Positions 39,343 through 49,645 of a DNA stretch of 64,000 bases are shown in pieces. The stretch is taken from contig JAWXAQ010000008.1 in assembly GCA_034439575.1 (NCBI GenBank), positions 256,001 to 320,000 of the forward strand, given 5' to 3'. The notes beneath the pieces were generated by a model. It made no database searches. It was not told where the DNA came from and worked only from the letters and a program-made list of their open reading frames with translations. Made by a program: the position numbers and the translations under genes. Origin of the DNA: Leptospira sp. Its GTDB lineage: Bacteria > Spirochaetota > Leptospiria > Leptospirales > Leptospiraceae. Numbering within the stretch: position 1 is the stretch's first letter; the number at the start of each line of letters is the position of its first letter.

Positions 39343-40796
39343 GTGATTCCTCCAAGACATAAATACTTGGTAACTATATAATCATCGATACCATACTTAG
39401 AGCCCTCACGGCCCATTCCAGAGAATTTAACTCCACCAAACGGTACTTGTTCGGAGGAAATTAGACCTTCATTGATTCCCACCATTCCGTATTCTAAACT
39501 CTCTGCAACTCGGAAAAGTTTGGCGATATCTTTGGTATAAAGATAGGATGCCAAACCAAAATCTGTATCGTTTGCCAGATGTATTGCTTCTTCCTCGGTT
39601 CTAAAGGTTTGTATAGAGGATACTGGACCGAAAGTCTCTTCTTGACAGACTAACATTTGATTGTTGACGGGGAATAATACAGTCGGCTCAAAAAATGTAC
39701 CACCAAGGCTGTGTTTCTTTCCACCTGTCAATACTTTGGCACCTTTGTCTTTCGCATCCTTTATATGGAGTTCTACTTTTTCCAAAGCCGCTTCGTTTAT
39801 CAAAGGCCCTTGTTGGACTTCCGTATTTAGTCCATCACCTACCTTTAGTTTGGAGGCAAGGTCTGACAATCTGTTTGCAAATTCCGAGGCAATGGATTCT
39901 TCAACTATAAAACGATTTACGCAAACACAAGTTTGACCTGTGTTGCGATATTTCGAAAGCATGGCACCTTTCAGAGCTTCATCCAAATCAGCATCTTTAA
40001 AAACGATAAAGGGAGCATTGCCACCTAACTCTAGTGAAAGTTTTTTTAAAGTTTTGGCCGATCTTTCCATTAAATACATTCCTGTGCGAGTGGACCCAGT
40101 AAAACTTAATTTCCGTACATCTTTTGCATTTAAAATTTCTTCACCAATTGCGATATGATCTCCTGTGACAAGATTCCACACACCCTTTGGTAATCCGGCT
40201 CGTTCAGCAAGCACTGCGAGCGCAAAAGCAGAGTAAGGTGTCAATTCACTGGGTTTGGAAACAACAGTACAACCAGCGGCAAGAGCTGGCGCAACTTTTC
40301 TTGCAAGCATGGCCGATGGAAAATTCCAAGGGGTGATGGTTGCGACGACTCCAATTGGCTCTTTTAAAACAAAAATCCGTGTGTCTTTTCTATGAGAAGG
40401 AATAATGTCACCATACACACGTTTGGCTTCTTCTGAAAACCATTCAATATATGATGCAGCATAGGTTATTTCCCCTTTGGCCTCGGCTAAAGGTTTGCCT
40501 TGTTCCATCGTTAATATTTTTGCTAGCTCATCTGCATTTTCCAGGATGAGATGGAACCATTTCCGTAAAATAATTGCACGTTCTTTGGCAGGAGTTTTTT
40601 TCCATTCTGGAAAGGCTAATTTTGCTGCTTGGATGGCTTTTTCTGTTTCCGCTTTGCCAGAATTCGGAATTGTACCGATCTTTTTATTTGTCGCGGGATT
40701 GGTGACATCCAAGGTTTGGCCAGAACTTGCACCGATCCAAGTTCCAGAGATATAGTTTAAGTCCCGAAAGAGGGACAGTTCTTTCATCTCGTTCAT
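39339..40796 (-). CDS. gabD: Succinate-semialdehyde dehydrogenase (NAD(P)+)
   Basis: EQGKPLAEAKGEI.YAAS.IEWF.EEAKRVYGD, TPWNFPSAM, SFTGST, LELGGNAPF, RNTGQTCVC, EETFGP, PFGGVKFSG.GREGSKYG. Confidence 0.95.
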   Translation of the reverse strand: MNEMKELSLFRDLNYISGTWIGASSGQTLDVTNPATNKKIGTIPNSGKAETEKAIQAAKLAFPEWKKTPAKERAIILRKWFHLILENADELAKILTMEQGKPLAEAKGEITYAASYIEWFSEEAKRVYGDIIPSHRKDTRIFVLKEPIGVVATITPWNFPSAMLARKVAPALAAGCTVVSKPSELTPYSAFALAVLAERAGLPKGVWNLVTGDHIAIGEEILNAKDVRKLSFTGSTRTGMYLMERSAKTLKKLSLELGGNAPFIVFKDADLDEALKGAMLSKYRNTGQTCVCVNRFIVEESIASEFANRLSDLASKLKVGDGLNTEVQQGPLINEAALEKVELHIKDAKDKGAKVLTGGKKHSLGGTFFEPTVLFPVNNQMLVCQEETFGPVSSIQTFRTEEEAIHLANDTDFGLASYLYTKDIAKLFRVAESLEYGMVGINEGLISSEQVPFGGVKFSGMGREGSKYGIDDYIVTKYLCLGGIT

Positions 40797-40932
40797 TTCT
40801 AATGCTTGTATAAATTCTTGAAATAAAAATCCCACCATTTTTTAAAATTCTGTGTAAATGCTTGCCATGAGTTTTCTATTTATTATGTTTTTGCATTGAA
40901 ACGGATCAATTCCGAGAGGAGTACACAATCAA

Positions 40933-42102
40933 ATGACAAAATCGTTTTTGAAAAAGCTCATGGCGATAGCGATTATCATTGCCATCGCACTTGTAACTGC
41001 ATGCGGTAAGAAAGAACAAAAACTAACAACAATTGGGCAAACAGAAGGCGAAGTTTCTATCGTCGCTTGGCCTGGTTATATCGAAAGAGGTGAAACAGAT
41101 AAGGCTTACGATTGGGTAAGCGAATTTGAAAAATCTAGCGGTTGTAAAGTGAACATTAAAACTGCAGCGACTTCGGATGAAATGGTTGCATTAATGAACG
41201 AGGGAGGCTTTGATCTTGTCACGGCTTCTGGTGATGCTTCCTTACGTTTGATTGCCGGTGGAAAAGTCCAAGAAGTTAACATTGATTTAGTCCCAAGCTG
41301 GAAAAATGTAGATTCAAGACTTCAAAATGCCGCATGGCACACAGTAGACGGAAAACATTATGGTGTTCCTTACCAGTGGGGTCCAAATGTTCTTATGTAC
41401 AATACAAAAGTATTTAAGTCTGCACCTACATCCTGGAGTGTCGTTTTTGAAGAACAAAACCTTCCGGATGGAAAATCCAACAAAGGTCGTGTGCAAGCGT
41501 TTGATGGTCCAATTTATATTGCAGATGCGGCACTTTACTTAAAATCCGCAAAACCAGAGTTAGGCATCAATGATCCTTACGAATTGGATGAAAAACAATA
41601 CGCTGCGGCTATTGAGATTTTAAAAAAACAAAGACAATTAGTTCCAAAGTATTGGCATGATGCAATGGTACAAGTGGATGACTTTAAAAAAGAAGGTTTA
41701 GTCGCATCCTCTACATGGCCGTTTCAAGTAAACTTGTTACTTAGCGAAAAACAAGCAGTAGGTTCTGTGGTTCCAAAAGAAGGAGCTACGGGTTGGGCAG
41801 ATACGACTATGCTTCACAAAGATTCAAAACATGTAAATTGCGCCTACAAATGGTTAGAGCATTCTATCCAACCAAAAGTACAAGGTGATCTCGCTTCTTG
41901 GTTTGGTTCTGTTCCATCAGTACCTGCGGCATGTAAAGGCAATGCATTACTTACTGATTCAGGTTGTGCTACGAATGGTTTTAACAATTTCGAAAAAATA
42001 TCTTTTTGGAGAACACCAGTTGAAAATTGTTCTGGTGGAAGAAAATGTGTTCCTTACAAAAAGTGGGCTGAAGATTACATAGCTATCATTGGTAGCAAAT
42101 AA
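40933..42102 (+). CDS. ydcS: Polyamine-family ABC transporter substrate-binding lipoprotein (YdcS-like)
   Basis: Lipobox VTAC; IVAWPGYIERGETDK.YDWV..FEK..GC.V..KTAATSDEMV.LM..GG.DLVTASGDASLRL, PKEGATGWADTTM closely match YdcS. Confidence 0.88.
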   Translation: MTKSFLKKLMAIAIIIAIALVTACGKKEQKLTTIGQTEGEVSIVAWPGYIERGETDKAYDWVSEFEKSSGCKVNIKTAATSDEMVALMNEGGFDLVTASGDASLRLIAGGKVQEVNIDLVPSWKNVDSRLQNAAWHTVDGKHYGVPYQWGPNVLMYNTKVFKSAPTSWSVVFEEQNLPDGKSNKGRVQAFDGPIYIADAALYLKSAKPELGINDPYELDEKQYAAAIEILKKQRQLVPKYWHDAMVQVDDFKKEGLVASSTWPFQVNLLLSEKQAVGSVVPKEGATGWADTTMLHKDSKHVNCAYKWLEHSIQPKVQGDLASWFGSVPSVPAACKGNALLTDSGCATNGFNNFEKISFWRTPVENCSGGRKCVPYKKWAEDYIAIIGSK

Positions 42103-42124
42103 GTTTTAAATTCGGAGGGATTCA

Positions 42125-43141
42125 TTGGGCGAATTATACGACGTAGAATTAAAAAATGTTACAAAAAGATTTGGTGATTTTATCGCCGTCGACAATGTTT
42201 CCTTTGGAATTTTAAAAGGTGAGTTTTTTTCTATGCTTGGACCTTCGGGTTCAGGCAAAACTACCTGCCTCCGTATGGTGGCAGGTTTTTACGATCCAAG
42301 TTCGGGCTCAGTATTGTTAGGTGGCTCTGATGTCTCGGGAGTCCCACCTTACAAAAGAAATGTGAATACGGTGTTTCAGGATTATGCCTTATTTCCACAT
42401 ATGACCATTGCTGAAAATATTGGTTACGGCCTGATGGTGAAAAACGTTCCGAAAAAAGAGATATTAGCGCGCGTTTCCTCTATGTTGGAACTCGTTCGAT
42501 TGCCAAATGTAGGTCATAGAAAACCATCTGAACTTTCTGGTGGACAAAGACAAAGAATCGCTCTTGCACGAGCGCTCATTAACCAACCACAAATTTTATT
42601 GTTAGATGAACCTCTAGGTGCACTGGATCTCAAACTTAGAGAAGAGATGCAAATTGAACTGAAAAGCATTCAGAAAAAAATCGGCATCACATTTATATTT
42701 GTCACTCATGACCAAGAAGAAGCCTTGTCTATGTCAGATCGTATAGCTGTTTTTAACAAAGGTAAGGTGGAACAAATTGGCACTCCCAATGAGATTTATG
42801 AGCACCCAAATACTGAATTCGTTGCCAATTTCGTCGGCAATTCAAATATCTTTGAAGCAGATATAGCAAGTAAATTGACTGGTAAATCGCAAAAAATAAT
42901 GGTACGACCAGAAAAAATGAAAATCCTCTCAAAAGGAGAATCAACGGAAGGTTATCTAAGTTTAGAAGCAAATTTACAAAATTTTGTTTATTCAGGAGCC
43001 ACTTCAAAAATTTTACTCCAATCAAAAACGGGACAACGAATCATCGTCGCCAAACAAAATCAAAATGAGAGTCTGCTAACTCCTTCACAAGATGTGGTGG
43101 TCGTTTGGAAAGAGTCAGATATGCACGTTATCTCAAAATAA
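42125..43141 (+). CDS. ydcT: Polyamine ABC transporter ATP-binding subunit (PotA/YdcT-like)
   Basis: GPSGSGKTT, VNTVFQDYALFPHM, LSGGQRQRIALARAL, LLLDEPLGALDLKLRE.MQ.ELK. Confidence 0.9.
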   Translation: MGELYDVELKNVTKRFGDFIAVDNVSFGILKGEFFSMLGPSGSGKTTCLRMVAGFYDPSSGSVLLGGSDVSGVPPYKRNVNTVFQDYALFPHMTIAENIGYGLMVKNVPKKEILARVSSMLELVRLPNVGHRKPSELSGGQRQRIALARALINQPQILLLDEPLGALDLKLREEMQIELKSIQKKIGITFIFVTHDQEEALSMSDRIAVFNKGKVEQIGTPNEIYEHPNTEFVANFVGNSNIFEADIASKLTGKSQKIMVRPEKMKILSKGESTEGYLSLEANLQNFVYSGATSKILLQSKTGQRIIVAKQNQNESLLTPSQDVVVVWKESDMHVISK

Positions 43142-43145
43142 ATTT

Positions 43146-44063
43146 ATGACTACTACCTTTGACAAACTGATTACATTTTTATTTTATAGAAAAAGTTTAG
43201 CAATTTTTCTATTACTCACACCCCTGATCATTTGGTTAGGTGTCATATATATTGGTTCTTTATTCACTCTATTGATTCAGAGTTTTTTTTCTATCGATTC
43301 TTTTTCTGGGGTGATCAAACACGAGTTTACATTCGATACATATATTGATCTATTTCGCCAACCTACAAATTGGGATATCTTTTTAAGAACTTCGGGTATG
43401 GCGGGAACTGTAACTTTTGTTAGTGCTATTTTGGCATTTCCCGTTGCTTATTATATGGCAATGTATGCTGGACCTAAGTTAAAGCCTGTATTGTATTTAG
43501 GGATCATGTTACCACTTTGGTCTAGTTATCTTGTAAAAGTATATGCATGGAAATTGTTAATGGCCAAAGAAGGAATCATTACTTGGTCTTTGGATCAAAT
43601 CGGGCTTACTCATTTACTCGATGTTATATTGTCCATTCCTGTGATAGGTGGAACCTCTCTGTCTTTTTCTTATATTGGGATGTTTCTTGTTTTCCTCTAC
43701 CTTTGGTTGCCATTTATGATCCTACCTATCCAGGCATCCTTGGAAAGAATCCCTAAGTCACTTTTAGAAGCATCATCCGATTTAGGAGCTGGGCCATCCG
43801 TCACATTTCGCAAAGTGATTTTACCTTTAGCGTTTCCAGGTGTTGTCGCAGGTTCCATTTTTACATTTTCATTGACACTTGGTGATTATATCATTCCCAC
43901 CATCATTGGAAATTCTAGTTATTTTATCGGTATGGCAGTTTATACTCACCAAGGAACAGCGGGTAACATCCCTTTGGCGGCAGCCTTTTCTGTGATCCCT
44001 ATCATTATTATGATGGTCTATCTTATGATCGCCAAACGATTAGGAGCTTTCGATGCTCTCTAA
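43146..44063 (+). CDS. ydcU: Polyamine ABC transporter permease (PotB/YdcU-like)
   Basis: [24 protein letters not shown] loop, [14 protein letters not shown] 43146 follows the ydcT stop. Confidence 0.9.
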   Translation: MTTTFDKLITFLFYRKSLAIFLLLTPLIIWLGVIYIGSLFTLLIQSFFSIDSFSGVIKHEFTFDTYIDLFRQPTNWDIFLRTSGMAGTVTFVSAILAFPVAYYMAMYAGPKLKPVLYLGIMLPLWSSYLVKVYAWKLLMAKEGIITWSLDQIGLTHLLDVILSIPVIGGTSLSFSYIGMFLVFLYLWLPFMILPIQASLERIPKSLLEASSDLGAGPSVTFRKVILPLAFPGVVAGSIFTFSLTLGDYIIPTIIGNSSYFIGMAVYTHQGTAGNIPLAAAFSVIPIIIMMVYLMIAKRLGAFDAL

Positions 44064-44856
44064 ATTCCTACCAAAAAACATAGGTCTTAAATTCGCCACA
44101 CTCTTGGTATTTTTATTCATTCATATACCTATTGTTTTTATCATCCTATATGCGTTTTCCACGGATGAAAAAACATTCCAGTTCCCGATTCCTGGCTTCA
44201 CCTTGAAATGGTTTGGTGTGGCTTGGGAGAGAAAGGATATATGGGATGCGATATGGTTATCAGTCCAAGTTGCAAGTATCTCTACTTTGCTCGCACTTAT
44301 CCTTGGAACACTTGCCACACTCGGTGTTTATCGAAGCCAATTTTTTGGCAAAGAAGTGATTTCATTTTTGGTGATACTACCCATTGCACTTCCAGGTATT
44401 GTCACTGGAATTTCTCTACGTTCGGCGATGAATTTATTTGGCATTCCATTTAGTACATGGACAATTGTTATCGCACATGCGACCTTTTGTATAGTAACAG
44501 TTTACAACAATGTATTAGCAAGGCTTCGGCGGAGTTCGCATTCACTTGTCGAAGCATCTATGGATTTAGGAGCCACACCTTTCCAAACCTTTAGGTATGT
44601 GATTTTACCAAATATCGCCACGGCTTTGTTAGCTGGAGGGATGTTATCTTTTGCCTTGTCCTTTGATGAAGTCATAGTCACAACATTTACAGCAGGTCAA
44701 CAATCCACAGTGCCTATTTGGATGTTAACAGAATTTATACGACCAAGGCAGAGGCCTGTCACAAATGTTGTGGCTGTTTTTGTGATCCTTGTGACGACAT
44801 TACCGATTTTGGCCGCATACTTTTTAACTAAAGAATCAGAGACAGAGAAAAAATAA
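44053..44856 (+). CDS. ydcV: Polyamine ABC transporter permease (PotC/YdcV-like)
   Basis: [53 protein letters not shown]. Confidence 0.9.
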   Translation: MLSKFLPKNIGLKFATLLVFLFIHIPIVFIILYAFSTDEKTFQFPIPGFTLKWFGVAWERKDIWDAIWLSVQVASISTLLALILGTLATLGVYRSQFFGKEVISFLVILPIALPGIVTGISLRSAMNLFGIPFSTWTIVIAHATFCIVTVYNNVLARLRRSSHSLVEASMDLGATPFQTFRYVILPNIATALLAGGMLSFALSFDEVIVTTFTAGQQSTVPIWMLTEFIRPRQRPVTNVVAVFVILVTTLPILAAYFLTKESETEKK

Positions 44857-44906
44857 AAATCACATAGATTTTCAGAAAAAAGGTATATGTTTACAATTTG
44901 CCTTTT

Positions 44907-45845
44907 TTATTTTTGAATTTTGATCATCGTTTCTGGTGCAATGCGGTCGATGTCACATGTGAAGGCTAATGGCAAAGATTCATTGCCAGAAAAATCTTTC
45001 GCTTTAAACTCAATACGAATCGTTTTTTCATAAGGAAAAAGTTTTTCGATTTCAAATATTCTTTCCGTTAGGTTCCAATTATCCATTCCAGACTTTCTCC
45101 AATATAAATCCTTTGCTTCAGAAAAATTATCTTTTGCTGTGATTTCCAATTTGGTGTTACGAGCACAAATGGATTTGTCATTGGAAGTCATCAGTTTTGG
45201 TAAACTATTGATACTGAGGGAAGGGGGTGTGGAATCTACAACCCAAGACAATTCGATTCGTTTAGAAATGTTTTTTACATTGTCATAGGCAAATGCACTG
45301 ATATAATGTTTGCCTTCTTCTTTGGTAGTCATTGTCCAATCTTTGCCTGTTTCGATCGAATTTTCAATTCCTCCATCAAGGGAAACATACAAATTGCGCA
45401 CTCCACTTTCATCATCTAATGCGCGTAATGTTAATTCATTATTTGCCTGAACCATAAATTGGTCATTCCATGTTTTTGGTAAATTGCGCCAAATAATATT
45501 GATTTTTGGAGATGTGCGGTCAACGTATAGATTTAACTTTTGTTCGGATTCGCGATTTTCTAGAACATCTTCAGCATAGTAGTGCAATTCATTCCAGCCT
45601 GCATTGGGCGGATAAACTGGTTCAGAAAATTTTGACCAAGTTTCGTCATTCCACCTGAAAAAATAAGAAGCGTTCGCTTCGCCCTTTTCCCAATTCAGTT
45701 TATAATATTCATTTACGAATAGTGTGGCATCTGCAGAGAGATAAGTTTCTGGCGTGGTAATTTTTTGATAAAGGCTTGTTACTTGTTCAGCAGAGAAAAT
45801 CGCAAAAGAGATGAGGGCAGTGACGACATAGAAAAATAGTTTCAT
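44907..45845 (-). CDS. Exported protein with repeated Ig-like (OmpL47-type) beta modules
   Basis: Signal peptide; three repeats ending YYAEDVLEN.E / AYDNVKN.S / AKDFSGNES, each followed by (V/I)D.(T/I).P. Confidence 0.7.
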   Translation of the reverse strand: MKLFFYVVTALISFAIFSAEQVTSLYQKITTPETYLSADATLFVNEYYKLNWEKGEANASYFFRWNDETWSKFSEPVYPPNAGWNELHYYAEDVLENRESEQKLNLYVDRTSPKINIIWRNLPKTWNDQFMVQANNELTLRALDDESGVRNLYVSLDGGIENSIETGKDWTMTTKEEGKHYISAFAYDNVKNISKRIELSWVVDSTPPSLSINSLPKLMTSNDKSICARNTKLEITAKDNFSEAKDLYWRKSGMDNWNLTERIFEIEKLFPYEKTIRIEFKAKDFSGNESLPLAFTCDIDRIAPETMIKIQK

Positions 45846-45998
45846 TATTTTAAATTTGGCAATGGCTAATTAGTCTGCAAGTGATTCTTTCGCTAACTTT
45901 CTTCTCTCTGAGAATCCTAAATGAGTCAAGGATCTGTATGTTTTTGGAAGCTTAGACAAAGCCTTAAGCAAATCTGACTCGACCAAATTGGCCAAAGT

Positions 45999-46400
45999 AT
46001 GAAACTCGTGAGAACGATGATCTCCGTAGGTAATGACATTGTCGAAAATGAACGCATCAGAGACCTGCTAGAAAAACATGGGGATCGTTTTCTAAAGCGT
46101 GTTTTTACAGACGAAGAAGTTTCCTATTGCCATACGCATAAAGACCCAGTTCCATATCTGGCTGGCCGATTTGCTTGCAAAGAGGCAATGATCAAGGCTA
46201 TGGCCTTGGCACCTGGTGAAGTTTTGGATATGAAAGAGATAGAATTAGCTGGCACGGGATTTGGTAAAAAAACGCTCGTCATCCACGGGAAAACTGAAAA
46301 ATTTTTCAAAGAAAAAGGATTCACTGGAAGTTCGGTTTCGATCAGTCATGCTGATCATTATTCGACTGCGGTTGTTATATTGTATAAGGAGAAACTATGA
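45999..46400 (+). CDS. acpS: Holo-[acyl-carrier-protein] synthase (start may be ATG 46017)
   Basis: VGNDIVE..RI, F..RVFT..E..YC, LAGRFACKEA..KA, VSISH...YSTAVV. Confidence 0.95.
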   Translation: MKLVRTMISVGNDIVENERIRDLLEKHGDRFLKRVFTDEEVSYCHTHKDPVPYLAGRFACKEAMIKAMALAPGEVLDMKEIELAGTGFGKKTLVIHGKTEKFFKEKGFTGSSVSISHADHYSTAVVILYKEKL

Positions 46401-46621
46401 TTGTATCAGAGAAGATGACTCAAGTATTGGCACTGTATAACCAAGGATTGGCATTGTACAAAGATAGAAAGTTCAAAGAAGCAAAGGAATGTTTTCTGAA
46501 AGGATTACAAATTGAACCAAACGATGGACCATCGAAATTATATGTAGAAAGATGTGATGATTATATTGCTGAGCCTCCTCCTGAAGATTGGGATGGCGTT
46601 TACAATATGAAAACAAAATAG
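46397..46621 (+). CDS. Small single-TPR protein
   Basis: LYNQGLALYK.RKF.EA...F...L.I.P.DGPS.LY..RC..Y...PPP..WDGVY...TK. Confidence 0.8.
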   Translation: MIVSEKMTQVLALYNQGLALYKDRKFKEAKECFLKGLQIEPNDGPSKLYVERCDDYIAEPPPEDWDGVYNMKTK

Positions 46622-46627
46622 AGAACT

Positions 46628-46996
46628 ATGACAAAAAAAAATAACCAACCTATCGTAACAGAACACGGTGTAATTGCCACTATTTTTGGAAAAGAAACTG
46701 CATTTAACGGAACTTTGGTGTTCAAAAAGCCATTACAGATATCGGGAGATTTCGTAGGCGAAATTATTTCTGACGGTTATTTGGTTGTGAGCGAAGGCGC
46801 GCGCGTCAAAGCAAATATTAAAGCAGGAACTGTTGTAGTTGGCGGAACCATCATCGGAAATGTGACAGCTACGCAAAGATTGGAAATGCTTGCCTCTGGT
46901 AAAGTACAAGGAAATATTCGCACAGCCAAATTACAAATTGCTGATGGAGTTGTATTTGATGGCAATTGCGAAATGATTCAAAGCGAAGAAACTTAG
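46628..46996 (+). CDS. Bactofilin (polymer-forming cytoskeletal protein)
   Basis: TIFG..T.F.G.L.F...L.I.G.F.GEI...G.L.V.E.A.V.ANI.A..VVV.G.I.GNV.A...LE....GKV.GNI....L.I..G..F.G.CEM. Confidence 0.93.
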   Translation: MTKKNNQPIVTEHGVIATIFGKETAFNGTLVFKKPLQISGDFVGEIISDGYLVVSEGARVKANIKAGTVVVGGTIIGNVTATQRLEMLASGKVQGNIRTAKLQIADGVVFDGNCEMIQSEET

Positions 46997-46998
46997 TT

Positions 46999-48777
46999 TT
47001 GTGGCAGTTCCATCCCTATAGTTTATTACTTGGGTTTACATTTTGTCTCAATCTTTTTTTGGGACTTTTTTTATTACGCTCCATTCGCCTAAATATTGCT
47101 AAGTACTTACTGGTTATGGTATTTGGATGTCTGCTTTGGAGCGGATTCTATTCCATAGATTTTATTTTCATAAACCAAGATTGGCATAAGATATTTATAT
47201 CTTTTATACATATTGGAGTTATGATCGCCTGTGTTGGAGCCGTTTTATCAGGAATAGAATTTACGCAAAACCAACATCTTCTAACAAGAAATATATGGTT
47301 ATTGTTAATATTACTTCCTTTGCTTATTATCATTACCGCAATCCTTGATCCACTTTTTCATACATTATTAAATGATACATATATCAATACGATCAATGGC
47401 CGAATACAATGGGTTCAAGAAGTTAGCCTATTGACTTACTTCGTGGAGTATGGCGGTTCTTCTCTTTGGTCTATTTTTATATTGAAATTGGTTTATCAAT
47501 CGGCAAAATCTGAGATGCCAACACAGAGAGCAAAATACTATATATTTTTATTTCCATATATAGTTGTTTGGACTGTTTCTGTATCGCATATACTGGGGCT
47601 TAGGCCACTCCCTGGCTTAAACCTAACTCCTGTATCTTTGTCGTTTCATGTTCTATGGATTTTTTTATCGATCGGTTATTATAGAATGTATGATTTGATT
47701 CCTCTGGTTCGGGGAGAAATCGTAGATGAATTGGATGAGCCTGTGGTAATTATTGATTCAAGAGACAGAGTAGTGGATTGGAATATTGCCGCTGAGCATA
47801 TGTTTGTTGGCGATAGAAAATATTTAGCATTAACTTCCATTGATAAATTTTTTATTACAAACCCCGATTTAGCTTTAAAAATTAAAAATCTTCCAGAAAA
47901 GAGAACCGATAACAAATGGCTATGGGACTCTAAATCTCCTCCCAGAAACTGGGAAGTTAAAGCAAAAAGAATCAGAGATAAAAATAGAACCAATATTGGT
48001 TTGGTTTTGGTTTTTCGCGATATCACAGAACAAAAATTATTAGAGTTTAAAATGGGAGAAGCGAATCGAGCTCTTCAAATTGGTAATTCCACAAAAGATA
48101 GATTTCTTTCAATCATTTCACATGACTTGCGTGGCCCATTAACGGGCATTAAGACGTTGTTGAAAATATTAAATGAAAAAATAACTTCAAAAGATAAGGA
48201 AATTTCAGAAATGACTCAGTCATTAGTAGACGCAACTGAATCTATTTTTTCCTTACTCGAAAATTTATTAGAATGGTCCAAATTGCAAAGAGGACAAGAA
48301 GAATTTAGTCCCACAAACTTTTCTCTCAGCTCAATAGTAAATGAGGCAGTAAATTTATTTTCTTTAAATTCAGAAAATAAGAATATTAACTTTATTTTAA
48401 ATGTTCCTACATTTGCATTTGTATATGCTGATGAACGAATGATATTTACTGTGATTCGAAATCTAATATCAAATGCGATAAAATTTAGCCACCAAGGTTC
48501 AAAGATTGAAATCTCTGTAAAAGATTTAGGAGCTAAATGGTCACTTGATATAAAAGACTCTGGAGTTGGTATGTCCGAATCGACAATCAGTAAACTCTTT
48601 CAAGTTGGAGAAGTAGTCAAGTCAATCGGGACGCAAGGTGAGAATGGCAATGGAGTTGGTCTATTGCTTTCTAAAGAATTTATTGATAAAAATGAAGGGG
48701 AGATAATGGCAAAATCGGACGGTTTGAACGGATCTATTTTTTCCATTAGACTTCCTAAAGCAAAATCTGAAAATTGA
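46999..48777 (+). CDS. Sensor histidine kinase (HisKA_7TM - PAS - HisKA - HATPase)
   Basis: Seven N-terminal TM segments (W.F.PY start), PAS (VVIID..DRVVDWN.AAE), SHDLRGPL, NLISNAIKFS, DSGVGM, GNGVGL. TTG 46999 is preferred over the overlapping 46966. Confidence 0.92.
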   Translation: MWQFHPYSLLLGFTFCLNLFLGLFLLRSIRLNIAKYLLVMVFGCLLWSGFYSIDFIFINQDWHKIFISFIHIGVMIACVGAVLSGIEFTQNQHLLTRNIWLLLILLPLLIIITAILDPLFHTLLNDTYINTINGRIQWVQEVSLLTYFVEYGGSSLWSIFILKLVYQSAKSEMPTQRAKYYIFLFPYIVVWTVSVSHILGLRPLPGLNLTPVSLSFHVLWIFLSIGYYRMYDLIPLVRGEIVDELDEPVVIIDSRDRVVDWNIAAEHMFVGDRKYLALTSIDKFFITNPDLALKIKNLPEKRTDNKWLWDSKSPPRNWEVKAKRIRDKNRTNIGLVLVFRDITEQKLLEFKMGEANRALQIGNSTKDRFLSIISHDLRGPLTGIKTLLKILNEKITSKDKEISEMTQSLVDATESIFSLLENLLEWSKLQRGQEEFSPTNFSLSSIVNEAVNLFSLNSENKNINFILNVPTFAFVYADERMIFTVIRNLISNAIKFSHQGSKIEISVKDLGAKWSLDIKDSGVGMSESTISKLFQVGEVVKSIGTQGENGNGVGLLLSKEFIDKNEGEIMAKSDGLNGSIFSIRLPKAKSEN

Positions 48778-48792
48778 TAGTCTGAGGGAAAT

Positions 48793-49644
48793 ATGAAAGA
48801 TCAAGTCATTGTCATTACTGGTGCGACGGATGGAATTGGAAAAGTTGCCGCAAGAGAATTGTCCAAAAAAGGGTATGCAACAGTACTTGTCGGAAGAAAT
48901 ATTCGTAAATTAGAAAGTACGAAAGAAGAATTTTTAAAACTAAATCCACAAGCCTTGATCACAATATTTCAAGCTGACCTTTCTTTGTTGAAAGAAACAA
49001 AAAGGGTAGGCAAAGAAATTTTAAATAAATTCCCGAAAATTTATTGTTTATTAAATAATGCGGGAGCCTTTTTTGCTGATCGTACATTGACTACTGAAGG
49101 ATTAGAATCCACATTTGCACTGAACCATATGAATTATTTTATTTTGAGTCATGAGTTACTTCCCGCCTTACAGAATCATGGTAAAGCTAGGATTGTGAAT
49201 GTTGCTTCGGGAGCACACGTTGGAGTAACATTGGATAAAGAAGATTTGTTAGCTGAGAAAAATTATTCTGGCTGGAAACAATACCAAAGATCCAAACTGA
49301 TGAATATTTATTTCACACAAAGTTTGAGTGAAAAAGTAAAAACAAAAGGTATCACAGTAAATTGTTTGCATCCTGGTTTTGTAAAAACAAAATTTGGGCA
49401 CAATAACGAAGGTTTAGCGAAAACTCTAGTCGCCATTGGGCAAAATCTATTTGCCATCAATGAGGACAAAGGGGCTGCGACATCAATTTATTTGGCTGAT
49501 TCGAAAGATATTGAAGCTGTGACTGGAAAATACTTTGTTAAATCAAAAGAATCCAAAAGCTCCAAACAATCCCACATTGCAGCAGATCGCGAATATTTGT
49601 GGGATTATTCTGAAAAAATTGCAAAATCTATATTAGGCAATTAG
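48793..49644 (+). CDS. Short-chain dehydrogenase/reductase (retinol-DH-like)
   Basis: ITGATDGIG, LLNNAG, FALNH, YQRSKLMN, LHPGFVKT.FG. Confidence 0.93.
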   Translation: MKDQVIVITGATDGIGKVAARELSKKGYATVLVGRNIRKLESTKEEFLKLNPQALITIFQADLSLLKETKRVGKEILNKFPKIYCLLNNAGAFFADRTLTTEGLESTFALNHMNYFILSHELLPALQNHGKARIVNVASGAHVGVTLDKEDLLAEKNYSGWKQYQRSKLMNIYFTQSLSEKVKTKGITVNCLHPGFVKTKFGHNNEGLAKTLVAIGQNLFAINEDKGAATSIYLADSKDIEAVTGKYFVKSKESKSSKQSHIAADREYLWDYSEKIAKSILGN

Positions 49645-49645
49645 A

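Noticed and set aside
45870-45995. 41-codon minus-strand ORF from TTG (MANLVESDLLKALSKLPKTYRSLTHLGFSERRKLAKESLAD)
   Set aside because: It looks vaguely helical but has no RBS, occupies the divergent promoter region for acpS and has no recognisable homology.
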